This document shows, piece after piece, positions 7,773 to 15,420 of a stretch of DNA of 24,000 nt (its first letter is position 1; each line of letters opens with the position of its first letter). A program made the position numbers and the translations under genes. Under the pieces are notes generated by a model. The model was not told the origin of the DNA. It was given only the letters and a program-made list of their open reading frames with translations, and did no database searches. This DNA is from Bryobacterales bacterium (GTDB taxonomy: Bacteria > Acidobacteriota > Terriglobia > Bryobacterales > UBA6623): assembly GCA_022824585.1 (NCBI GenBank), contig JAJDZN010000235.1, forward strand, positions 21,176-45,175, given 5' to 3'.

Positions 7773-9878
7773 CTAGTCGCCGCTGGTACCGACCGTCTCG
7801 CGCGGCGCCTCGGAAGCCCCGCCAATCTGGACCAACGCCGGCGCCACGGGCTCCTTGAGGACGTCCTGGCGGTACATCTTCATCAGCCGCGCTTCCTCCT
7901 CGGCCGACAGCTTGCGATCGCGCGCGCCGCTTGCAGGCACGTGTTCGCCGCTGGCCTCCGCCGCTTGGAGCTTCTTGTCACGCGCCGCAATCTTCTCTTC
8001 GCGGGCATTCTGCGGACCCTCGGAGACTTGCGCGCCGCGCGCCGCATGCTCGGCATTGATGTGCAGCTGCTCGCTCAGGTGGGTGATCTCGTCCACCTTG
8101 CGGCCGCCGGCATAGATCTTGTGGCGGCCGTGCTCGCCGTACCAGTTCGACAGCGTGGCGGTCATGTGCATCTTCTCGATGATGTTGCGCCAGCCGATGC
8201 CCGTGTTGTAGGCGCAGAACGAGATCTCGCCCTCTTGCGTGCCGTACGGGATCACGCACATCTCGGTGCGCCGGAAGTCGTAGTTGAACAGATCCTGGAA
8301 CCACATGCCCGCCACGAACAGGAAGTTCCACGGATCGTTCCGCCTGGCCGTGCCCTTGCCGTAGCTCTTGCCGCTCAGCGAGAACGACTTGTCGAACTTC
8401 TTCAGCAAGTCGAACATCGAGAAGTCCTTGGGAGCCTTCGCCGGGTTGTAGTTCTTCAACAGCGCCAGCGCCATCTGGACATTGGACGCCAGCTTGCCCC
8501 GGCCCGAATCGGTGACGCGCCGGATGTCCTGCACGAACTGCGGGACGTTGATGAACTCCGCCACGGGCGACATGTCCTTGGTCTGCTTGTTGATCATCAA
8601 GGCGGTGCCGACGCCGCAGTTGGGGTGGCAGCCGCAGCTGACCTGGCCCCACTGGGCCTGCGGCCCGTGCGCCAAGTCGGCCGCGTCGACGAAGCTGCCC
8701 ATCACGGAGATGGGGAACCAGTCGCGCGTCGGCTCGGTGATGCCGACCTGCTTCTTGACGTCGTGCGCCAGGTGGCTCAGCGTGTAGCGCTGGCGCATGC
8801 GGCGCTCGTCGGTGATCTCCTCGTCACGGCCGGTGAACGAAACCGGCTGGAAGGCGATGAAGGCGATCCGGCCGGGGTTGTCCCTGGCGAACTGGATGAT
8901 CGGGCCGACCTCCTCGTTGTTGACGTTATTGACCAGCGTGGTCACCAGCACGATCTCGATGCCGGCATCGTGCATGTTCTCGATCGCCTTGATCTTGACG
9001 TCGAACAGGTTGCCGATCTTGCGGTGCTGGTTCGGCTCGTTGCCGATGCCGTCGATCTGCAGGTAGGCGTAGCGCATGCCCGCGTCCGCGGCGGCCTCGG
9101 CGAACTCGCGGTTCTTGGCGAACTCGATGCCGTTGGTGGCGGCCTGGACCGAGTTGTAGCCGATCTGGCGGCAGTACTGCACGGCCTTGAGGAAGTACGG
9201 CGACATCGTCGGCTCGCCGCCCGAGAACTGCACCGACATCTGGCGGCGCGGCTTGATCTTGATGGCGTTGTCGAGGATCGTCTTGATCTCTTCCCACTCG
9301 AGCTCGTGGACGAAGCCGACCTGGTTGGCGTCCATGAAGCACGGGTCGCACATCATGTTGCAGCGGTTGGTGAGATCGACGGTCAGCACCGCACCGCGGC
9401 CGAACTTCACGCTCGAGGAGCCGTGGTTGTGCAGTTCCTCGTCGTTGTGGGAGCGAATATCGCGTCCGGGGAACTGGGCTTCGATGTGCTCCAAGAACTT
9501 GGCGTCGATCGCCATCACATCTTCGGTCTTGCCGTGAATGGGGCAGTCCTTGACCATCCAGATCTCGTTGCCGCGCTGCACGATCGTGGCCTTGACCTCG
9601 CCGACCTTCTCGGTCTTGAGGATGGAATAGTCGACCTCGCCGCTGAGGATCACCTCGCGAGCCTCGCGCACGCATTTCGGGCACAGGGAGTCAGTCTCCC
9701 GCGGCCAGCCCAGCGGCGGCTTGCTCTTCTCCCACGACTTGAGCATGGGCTTCTCCGACCAAGCGGGCGTGAAGGCAGGGTTGGCCTCCTTGCGGGCGTC
9801 CCACTTGCGGGCCACCTTCCAGCCAGCGCGCGCCACCTCGGTCAGGCCCTTTTCTAGATACTTCACCGGTCGTTGCAC
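7773..9878 (-). CDS. large radical SAM enzyme, COG1964 / Tes (GDGT-MAS)-like architecture
   Basis: 701 aa with GTG start and GAGGAG Shine-Dalgarno about 8 nt upstream. N-terminal Cys knuckles SLCPKC ... DCPIHG. Radical-SAM cluster motif CNMMCDPC (codons at nt 9339-9362). Further motifs: VQFSGGEPT, ATNG, YLQIDG, FQPVSFTGR. C-terminal Cys motifs SCGCHPNCG and CVIPYG...ISFCAYNTG. The radical-SAM call is firm; the subfamily call is from memory of archaeal MJ0619-type sequences. Confidence 0.85.
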   Translation of the reverse strand: MQRPVKYLEKGLTEVARAGWKVARKWDARKEANPAFTPAWSEKPMLKSWEKSKPPLGWPRETDSLCPKCVREAREVILSGEVDYSILKTEKVGEVKATIVQRGNEIWMVKDCPIHGKTEDVMAIDAKFLEHIEAQFPGRDIRSHNDEELHNHGSSSVKFGRGAVLTVDLTNRCNMMCDPCFMDANQVGFVHELEWEEIKTILDNAIKIKPRRQMSVQFSGGEPTMSPYFLKAVQYCRQIGYNSVQAATNGIEFAKNREFAEAAADAGMRYAYLQIDGIGNEPNQHRKIGNLFDVKIKAIENMHDAGIEIVLVTTLVNNVNNEEVGPIIQFARDNPGRIAFIAFQPVSFTGRDEEITDERRMRQRYTLSHLAHDVKKQVGITEPTRDWFPISVMGSFVDAADLAHGPQAQWGQVSCGCHPNCGVGTALMINKQTKDMSPVAEFINVPQFVQDIRRVTDSGRGKLASNVQMALALLKNYNPAKAPKDFSMFDLLKKFDKSFSLSGKSYGKGTARRNDPWNFLFVAGMWFQDLFNYDFRRTEMCVIPYGTQEGEISFCAYNTGIGWRNIIEKMHMTATLSNWYGEHGRHKIYAGGRKVDEITHLSEQLHINAEHAARGAQVSEGPQNAREEKIAARDKKLQAAEASGEHVPASGARDRKLSAEEEARLMKMYRQDVLKEPVAPALVQIGGASEAPRETVGTSGD

Positions 9879-9952
9879 TGGTCTCTCCTCGCTCAGATCT
9901 GCTTGTCGCTGCGCCCGGCCGATTCAGCCCGTCGCGCCAGCAAGCCAAGGAC

Positions 9953-9977
9953 CTGTTGCCGATCGATCCGGCAACAG
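9953..9977. promoter_or_regulatory. 9-bp inverted repeat (CTGTTGCCG-atcgatc-CGGCAACAG) in the divergent radical-SAM / queG intergenic region
   Basis: Read directly from the sequence: stem 9953-9961 pairs perfectly with 9969-9977, with a 7-nt loop. It lies 75-99 nt upstream of the radical-SAM GTG and about 145 nt upstream of the queG ATG. Confidence 0.4.
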
Positions 9978-10120
9978 AATCACACCAAGGTTAATTGTCT
10001 ACAGGGTGCTAGGCTGGCGCAACCAAGAAGTCCGGCAAATTTCCGAATCGCAAGTATTGGCTGCTCTATGGCAGTATTGTGGGCTGAACGGCAGCCTAGC
10101 GGCCGCCTCAGTGCGACGGA

Positions 10121-11212
10121 ATGGCACTGGAATCGTCTTCTCGCCTGAAGCAGCGGGCGCACGAGCTCGGCTTCGAACTCGCGGGCGTGGCCACACCAGG
10201 GCCAACGCTGGAGGCGATGTTCTACCCGCAGTGGCTGGAGCAGGGCTACCACGGCGAGATGGCCTACCTTGCCGGCCGGCGGGGCGAGCTGCGCGCCGAC
10301 GCCCGCTCCCTGCTGCCATCGGCCAGGTCGGTGATCTGCCTGGGAAAGGTCTACAACACGCCGGACCCCTACTCGACCGAATTCGAAGCCGGCGGGCAGG
10401 GCTGGGTCTCCCGGTACGCCTGGGGCGAGGACTACCACGACCTGATGAAGTCCCGCTTGCAGGAGCTGGCGGAATGGATCCGCCGCGAGTACGGCAGCGG
10501 AGTGAAGTGCAAGGTCTGCGTCGACACCTCGCCGTTGCTAGAGCGGGCCTATGCCCGCACCGCGGGGCTGGGCTGGATCGGCAAGAATTGCTGCCTCATC
10601 GACGAGCAGCTCGGCTCATGGTTCTTCCTCGGGGAGATCTTGACTTCGCTAGAGTTCGAGCCCGACGACGACGCGCCTTACCGCTGCGGCACCTGCCGCC
10701 GCTGCATCGACGCCTGCCCGACCGATGCCTTGGTCGAAGTCGAGGCTGATGCCGGTCCCCCGTACGCCCTAGACTCGCGGCTGTGCATCTCGTACTGGAC
10801 CATCGAGCTGCGCGGGCCCATACCGGCGGACCACCGGGAGTCGATCGGTTCGCACGTGTTCGGCTGCGACATCTGCCAAGATGTCTGCCCTTGGAACAGC
10901 CCGCGGCGGGCAGCCACCAGCGAGGAGCCTTCGTTTGCGCCGGAGAACGCGACACCCGGCTTGGCGGAAATTGCCGAACTTAGCGAGGACGAGTTCAACG
11001 CCCGGTTCGGGGGCTCACCGATCCAGCGCAGCCGCTATGCGGGGTTCCTGCGAAACGTTGCAGTAGCAATGGGCAACAGCGGCAACCTGTCTTTCCAAGA
11101 TGCCTTGAAGAAGCTGGCGCAATCCGGCCAGCCGCTCGTGCGCGAACACGCCGAGTGGGCGCTAGCCAAGCTGCAGCGCGAAACCGAAGGAGAATCACCC
11201 GGCGCGGAGTGA
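10121..11212 (+). CDS. queG: tRNA epoxyqueuosine(34) reductase
   Basis: 363 aa. N-terminal LGFELAGVA...WLEQGYHGEMAYL. Two ferredoxin-type motifs, CGTCRRCIDACP and CDICQDVCPWN. HEAT-like C-terminal tail (VREHAEWALAKL). Confidence 0.9.
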   Translation: MALESSSRLKQRAHELGFELAGVATPGPTLEAMFYPQWLEQGYHGEMAYLAGRRGELRADARSLLPSARSVICLGKVYNTPDPYSTEFEAGGQGWVSRYAWGEDYHDLMKSRLQELAEWIRREYGSGVKCKVCVDTSPLLERAYARTAGLGWIGKNCCLIDEQLGSWFFLGEILTSLEFEPDDDAPYRCGTCRRCIDACPTDALVEVEADAGPPYALDSRLCISYWTIELRGPIPADHRESIGSHVFGCDICQDVCPWNSPRRAATSEEPSFAPENATPGLAEIAELSEDEFNARFGGSPIQRSRYAGFLRNVAVAMGNSGNLSFQDALKKLAQSGQPLVREHAEWALAKLQRETEGESPGAE

Positions 11213-11243
11213 GCGCCTAGTTGTTCCTTCTCCCGCGATCGTT

Positions 11244-11666
11244 CTAGGGCTCGGGCTCTTCGGCAGGCTCGGCGTCGATGATCTCGAGTTCGACATCGCC
11301 CTCTTCAGCGCGTTGCTTGGCGGTCGCCTCATCGACGATCTCCAATGCGATCGGCTGCTCCATGTAAGCGGCGCCGGCACCGCCGGTGAGAATCATCAAC
11401 CGATAGCGCTTCATCTCTGTGCCATCGGGCACCTTGAACGTGATCGCGTCAGCGGTCTGCTCGGTAATCTCAACCTCTACATCGGTGCCGCCGGCAGTGA
11501 TGTAGAGCCTGTCCACGGTGGGCTGGGCGAGATCCGAACCCTTGGCCACAGCCGTTCCGCCGGGCGCAACGGCGTCGGGCACAACCTCAGTCAGGCGGGG
11601 CACGGCCAGCGCCATCCCGCACGCCAGCGTAAGCAAGAGGATCGTGAGACGGAATGTACTTTTCAT
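11244..11666 (-). CDS. small secreted protein with IPT/TIG-like beta-sandwich and acidic C-terminal tail
   Basis: Only the 3' part of the listed 236-aa ORF looks real. ATG 11666 is preceded by AAGGAGG (complement of 11674-11680). Signal peptide MKSTFRLTILLLTLACGMALA. IPT/TIG-like pattern PRLTEVVPDAVAPGGTAVAKGSDL...ITFKVPDG. Tail EEGDVELEIIDAEPAEEPEP. Confidence 0.55.
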   Translation of the reverse strand: MKSTFRLTILLLTLACGMALAVPRLTEVVPDAVAPGGTAVAKGSDLAQPTVDRLYITAGGTDVEVEITEQTADAITFKVPDGTEMKRYRLMILTGGAGAAYMEQPIALEIVDEATAKQRAEEGDVELEIIDAEPAEEPEP

Positions 11667-12020
11667 GACCATCCCTCCTTCCGGTGGAACGATATTAAAC
11701 CACACTCGCTCCGGGCGCAACCGAAAATTGCGGGCGGTGGGCGCGACCCCGACCTCACGCGCGCCCAAAATCGACGGCACCCACACAGCACGGCTAGCTA
11801 AGACGGTCTCGCCTCTGTTACAGCGCCACGTAGAGTTACGTTGGCTGCCCGCCACTACAATGGCGAAGGCTTCGCTGATGAGGATCTCGAGGAGTTGTAG
11901 CGCCGCTCGGACCCGCGCTGCTAGATCCCCGCGAGGGGCGTCGCCGCACATCATGGATTACCGGTTCCGGGCTGGCAGCTCTCCGCTGCGCGGAACGGAA
12001 CTCGAACCTGCAGGCCCGCG

Positions 12021-13832
12021 GTGAACTTCAGTACCTCGCTGCTCTCTTTCTTGCGGAGCTTCTTGCGGAGCTTGCCCCGGCGAAAGATGGTTCAGCCAAC
12101 ACACGTCGTCGGGGCCGTCACAGCGCTCGGGTTGCTGCTTGCGGGGGTCGGGCGGGCCGCGAAGCCAAACGTCGTGATCGTGATGACGGACGATCAGGGC
12201 TACGGCGATCTTTCCGTCCACGGGAACCCCGTGTTGCGGACGCCAAACTTAGATCGGCTGCATGCCGAGTCGGTCCGCTTCACCGACTTTCATGTCAGCC
12301 CGTTCTGCACGCCCACCAGGGCGGCGCTGATGACTGGTCGATACGCCGCCAGAACCGGCGCGTACCGCACGTCGCACGGCAGCACCGCCATCCATCCGCG
12401 CGAGGTGACGATGGCGGAGGTCTTCGCCGCCAACGGCTACCGGACCGGACTGTTCGGGAAGTGGCACCTTGGCGACAACTATCCCTCGCGGCCGATGGAC
12501 AAGGGCTTCCAACATGCCGTCTGGCACCGCTGCGGGGGCGTGACGCAGATCTCTGACTACTACGGCAACGACTACTTCGACGACACCTACCTCGTGAACG
12601 ACAGCTGGACATCGTTCGAAGGCTACTGCACGGATGTGTGGTTTCGCGAAGCCACCCGCTTCATAGAGGCCGAGTCTAGCGAGCCGTTCTTCGCCTACAT
12701 CGCCACCAACGCGCCGCACGGCCCGTTTCTGGTAGCCCCGCGCTATAGCGACCCATACGAGCGGGCCGGCGACGAAAAGCAGGACGCGGCGTTCAAGGGG
12801 ATGATTGCCAACTTCGACGAGAACCTCGGCAAGTTCCTCGCCAGGCTAGAGACCCTAGGAATCGCCGACAACACGATCCTCATCTTCCTCACGGACAACG
12901 GCACGGCACGCGGTGCCCGCTTCGAAAGCGGCATCAACGGGCTTCCGGATGAAGGCTTCAACGCCGGAATGCGGGGCCGCAAATCTTCGGCCTTCGACGG
13001 CGGCCACCGGGTCCCCCTGTTCATCCGCTGGCCGGCCGGCGGCCTTGGTCGGCCGCGGGATGTCGATGGCCTCGCCGCCCACATCGATCTCTTCCCCACC
13101 CTGATCGAGCTCTGCGGGTTGGAGCGGCGGAGCGGCCCGCCGCTGGACGGGCGATCGCTTGCCGACACGCTTCGAGGGCACGGCCAGCTACCGGACCGAG
13201 TGCTGTTTGCGCAGATTCACGGCGGCGCGGGATTCGCGAGACCCGGCGACCGCTGGGAAGGATCGGCAGTGATGACTGCCCGTTGGCGCTTGGTCGCAGG
13301 CAGCCTTCTCTATGACATGCAACGGGATCCGTCGCAGATCCGCGACGTCGCGTCGGAGCATCCCGAGACGGTCACACGGCTCAGGGCCGCACACGAGCGC
13401 TGGTACCGCTCCATCAAGCCGGCAATGCGCCCCACTCGGATCGTAATCGGCCACGAGGCCGAGAATCCCGCCGACCTTACCAGCCAGGAGTGGCAAGCGC
13501 CTGGCAGCCACGTGGTCTGGAGCCGCAGTCATCTGGAGCAGCGCAAGATGGAGAGCTGGCCGTGGCTGGTAGACGTAAGCCGTGCGGGAAGTTACCGATT
13601 CACCCTCTCTCGCTGGCCTAGGTACTTAGCCCGCCCGATCACATCGACACGGGCCCGGCTGGAGATCGGCGACATCGTCCGCGAATCAGTGATTCCCGAA
13701 CCGGATACTGTCACGGAAGTCTCGTTTGAAGTCGAACTCTCGGCTGGCCCGGCGGAACTCCAGACATGGCTTACGGAACCGGGCGGTCAGACCCACGGCG
13801 CATACTTCGTGAGCGTCGAGCGACTCGAATAG
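12021..13832 (+). CDS. type I sulfatase with about 150-aa C-terminal beta-rich extension
   Basis: 603-aa ORF. Motifs: VMTDDQGYGDLSVHG, CTPTRAALMTGRY (C-x-P-x-R), GKWHLGDN, FLTDNGTARG. The start is uncertain: GTG 12021 gives a leader containing RRK, and ATG 12087 is the alternative. Confidence 0.9.
   Translation: MNFSTSLLSFLRSFLRSLPRRKMVQPTHVVGAVTALGLLLAGVGRAAKPNVVIVMTDDQGYGDLSVHGNPVLRTPNLDRLHAESVRFTDFHVSPFCTPTRAALMTGRYAARTGAYRTSHGSTAIHPREVTMAEVFAANGYRTGLFGKWHLGDNYPSRPMDKGFQHAVWHRCGGVTQISDYYGNDYFDDTYLVNDSWTSFEGYCTDVWFREATRFIEAESSEPFFAYIATNAPHGPFLVAPRYSDPYERAGDEKQDAAFKGMIANFDENLGKFLARLETLGIADNTILIFLTDNGTARGARFESGINGLPDEGFNAGMRGRKSSAFDGGHRVPLFIRWPAGGLGRPRDVDGLAAHIDLFPTLIELCGLERRSGPPLDGRSLADTLRGHGQLPDRVLFAQIHGGAGFARPGDRWEGSAVMTARWRLVAGSLLYDMQRDPSQIRDVASEHPETVTRLRAAHERWYRSIKPAMRPTRIVIGHEAENPADLTSQEWQAPGSHVVWSRSHLEQRKMESWPWLVDVSRAGSYRFTLSRWPRYLARPITSTRARLEIGDIVRESVIPEPDTVTEVSFEVELSAGPAELQTWLTEPGGQTHGAYFVSVERLE
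12048..12071 (+). repeat. perfect tandem duplication of the 12-mer TTCTTGCGGAGC
   Basis: Units 12048-12059 and 12060-12071 are identical, followed by a partial third copy (ttgcc). If GTG 12021 is the start, this encodes SFLRSFLRS in the sulfatase leader. Confidence 0.8.
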
Positions 13833-14052
13833 TCTCGAGACCCGTTGGACTCTATCGGGGACAGGTGCTCAGCATTGCCCGTGCAGCGCAGTGGAGTAAC
13901 TTGCCCCGGCGCTTGTCACAGCCCGGCCGCTGTTCGACGGAATCTTGTTCGAGGTGCCGTCGCTGTAGGCGGACGAATCTGAACCGTTCATCAGCCATTC
14001 GGGCATCACGATCCAAGGCACTGCCCAAGTTGCGTTGAATCGCAAGTGCAAT

Positions 14053-14076
14053 TTTCAATTATCATGATAATTTAAA
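14053..14076. promoter_or_regulatory. AT-rich palindrome (candidate operator or promoter) in front of the ATPase gene
   Basis: AATTATCATGATAATT (14057-14072) is a perfect 16-bp palindrome. With one mismatched pair it extends to 24 bp (14053-14076). It contains the -10-like GATAAT (14066-14071), 9 nt before ATG 14081. Confidence 0.5.
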
Positions 14077-14080
14077 GTTG

Positions 14081-15235
14081 ATGTTTAAACGGTTGCTCTC
14101 ATTGCCGCAACCCGGAACGGAGACGTTCTTTCTCTGGGGCCCTCGTCAAACAGGCAAGAGCACGCTGCTTCGACAAGCCTATCCGGACAGCCGCTGGATC
14201 GACTTGTTGAAGAGCGATGTCTTCGTACGGTACGCGACTCGCCCCGAACTGCTGCGGCTTGAGATCGAAGAGGAGCCGCCGCTCCCAGGCCAGCAGGTCG
14301 TCATCGACGAGATCCAGAAAGTTCCAGCCCTGCTCGATGAGGTCCACTGGCTGATCGAGAATCGGGGGGTCCACTTCGCCCTATGCGGCTCCAGCGCACG
14401 GAGTGTCCGTCGGGGTGCATCCAATTTGCTCGGAGGGCGCGCCCTGCGGTACGAACTGCGGGGCCTGACAGCAGGCGAGCTTGGAAACGATTTCGACCTC
14501 GACCGAATTCTCAACCGGGGCTACCTGCCCCGAATCTACGAGTCAAACCGGCACAGGAAACGGCTCGACGCGTACGTGAGTGACTACCTCCAGCAGGAAA
14601 TCCTGGCCGAGGGGCTCGTCCGGAGCCTTCCCGTGTTCTCAGGATTCCTAGAGGCTGCGTCGCTCAGCGAAGGGTCGTTCGTCAACTTCTCGAACATTGC
14701 CCGAGAATGCGGCGTGTCGACTCCCACGGCGAAGAGCTACTTCGGAATCTTGGAAGACACGTTGATCGGACGGTGGCTTCCCGCCTATCGGATGCGCCTA
14801 AAGCGAAGGGTGATCGGCGCCCCGAAGTTCTATTTCGCGGACGTTGGCGTCGTGAACTTGCTGGCCAAGCGAGGCGTTCTCGAGTCTGGATCTGCACTGT
14901 ACGGACAGGCGTTCGAGAACTGGGTCTTCCACGAGCTCGCAAGTTACATCAGCTACCGCGGGGTGGAGCTGAATCTGGCGTATTGGCGGCTGCCCAGCGG
15001 CATCGAAGTCGATTTTGTGGCCGGGGATATGCAGGTTGCGCTTGAGGCCAAGGCAGCGAGGAGGATCAACGCGCATCACCTCAAGGGCCTTCGCGCTCTG
15101 AAGACGGAACAGCCCAGGCTCGAGAGACGCATTGTCGTTTGCTTGGAGCCACAGGCTTGGCGGACCAAGGATGGCATCAGCGTTCTTCCTGCATCGGCGT
15201 TCGCGCACCGCCTCTGGCAGGGGGACATTCTGTAG
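14081..15235 (+). CDS. AAA+ ATPase of the AAA_14 / DUF4143 type with PD-(D/E)xK-like C-terminal module
   Basis: Walker A GPRQTGKSTLL and Walker B QQVVIDEIQ. The central region is typical of DUF4143 proteins. C-terminus WRLPSGIEVDFVAGDMQVALEAKAARR shows the D...E-x-K pattern. The listed ORF starts at TTG 14078; ATG 14081 is preferred. Hand counts give a visibly lower G+C than neighbouring genes. Confidence 0.85.
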   Translation: MFKRLLSLPQPGTETFFLWGPRQTGKSTLLRQAYPDSRWIDLLKSDVFVRYATRPELLRLEIEEEPPLPGQQVVIDEIQKVPALLDEVHWLIENRGVHFALCGSSARSVRRGASNLLGGRALRYELRGLTAGELGNDFDLDRILNRGYLPRIYESNRHRKRLDAYVSDYLQQEILAEGLVRSLPVFSGFLEAASLSEGSFVNFSNIARECGVSTPTAKSYFGILEDTLIGRWLPAYRMRLKRRVIGAPKFYFADVGVVNLLAKRGVLESGSALYGQAFENWVFHELASYISYRGVELNLAYWRLPSGIEVDFVAGDMQVALEAKAARRINAHHLKGLRALKTEQPRLERRIVVCLEPQAWRTKDGISVLPASAFAHRLWQGDIL

Positions 15236-15254
15236 AGCCGGGCGGAACACGTCG

Positions 15255-15420
15255 GCCGAGATCACGCAGCTGACGCCATCTGGCGACGCCGCGATCCCGC
15301 AGGGCTTCGTGTCTCACAGGCCAACAAGCCTGCCGGTCTGGACGCTGGCGACCAGTAGCCCGCGAGCCTGGCGGACGAGCCCATGGTGCGTACTGCGCGA
15401 CCGTCGAGCGACTGGAATAG
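15255..15420 (+). pseudogene. decayed 3'-terminal relic of a sulfatase paralogous to the 12021-13832 gene
   Basis: The last 18 codons read EPGGRAHGAYCATVERLE-stop, versus EPGGQTHGAYFVSVERLE-stop at 13776-13832. By hand alignment, 57 of 75 nt are identical ungapped (13776-13850 vs 15364-15438). Upstream similarity continues patchily (AEITQLTPSGD..IP..VS vs ARPITSTRARLEIGD..IPE..VS), but only across three reading frames, with a TGG-to-TAG change at 15356-15358 and deletions. Confidence 0.6.

Noticed and set aside
7941-9857. 638-aa ORF on the plus strand opposite the radical-SAM gene
   Set aside because: Its translation is low-complexity and rich in Arg/Ala/Leu/Gly/Asp/Val with no recognisable motifs, as expected for an antisense frame in GC-rich DNA. 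The minus-strand frame carries clear radical-SAM family motifs.
7773-9878. The radical-SAM protein as the anaerobic sulfatase-maturating enzyme (anSME) for the three sulfatases
   Set aside because: By recollection, anSMEs are roughly 370-400 aa with the CxxxCxxC motif near the N-terminus and a SPASM domain. This protein is 701 aa, has its motif at residue 173 after a zinc-ribbon-like domain, and shows a different motif string. It is not adjacent to any sulfatase gene.
10053-10079. Direct repeat AGTATTG ... AGTATTG spaced 20 nt apart upstream of queG
   Set aside because: A 7-mer repeat within a roughly 240-nt region is expected about once by chance, so there is no further support.
13869-14051. 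Minus-strand ORF (…ATWAVPWIVMPEWLMNGSDS…) as a relic of a second amine-oxidase C-terminus, mirroring EDWPVMPTMW in the real gene
   Set aside because: Only about 5 residues match. The distance from the motif to the stop differs by 20 codons, and nothing else aligns. This is most likely chance, and the region remains unassigned.
13852-14058. 68-aa minus-strand ORF diverging from the ATPase gene across the palindrome (possible small regulator)
   Set aside because: It has a TTG start inside the palindrome, only about 20 nt from the ATPase start, leaving no room for two promoters. It also has no Shine-Dalgarno, mixed codon bias and no recognisable fold motif.
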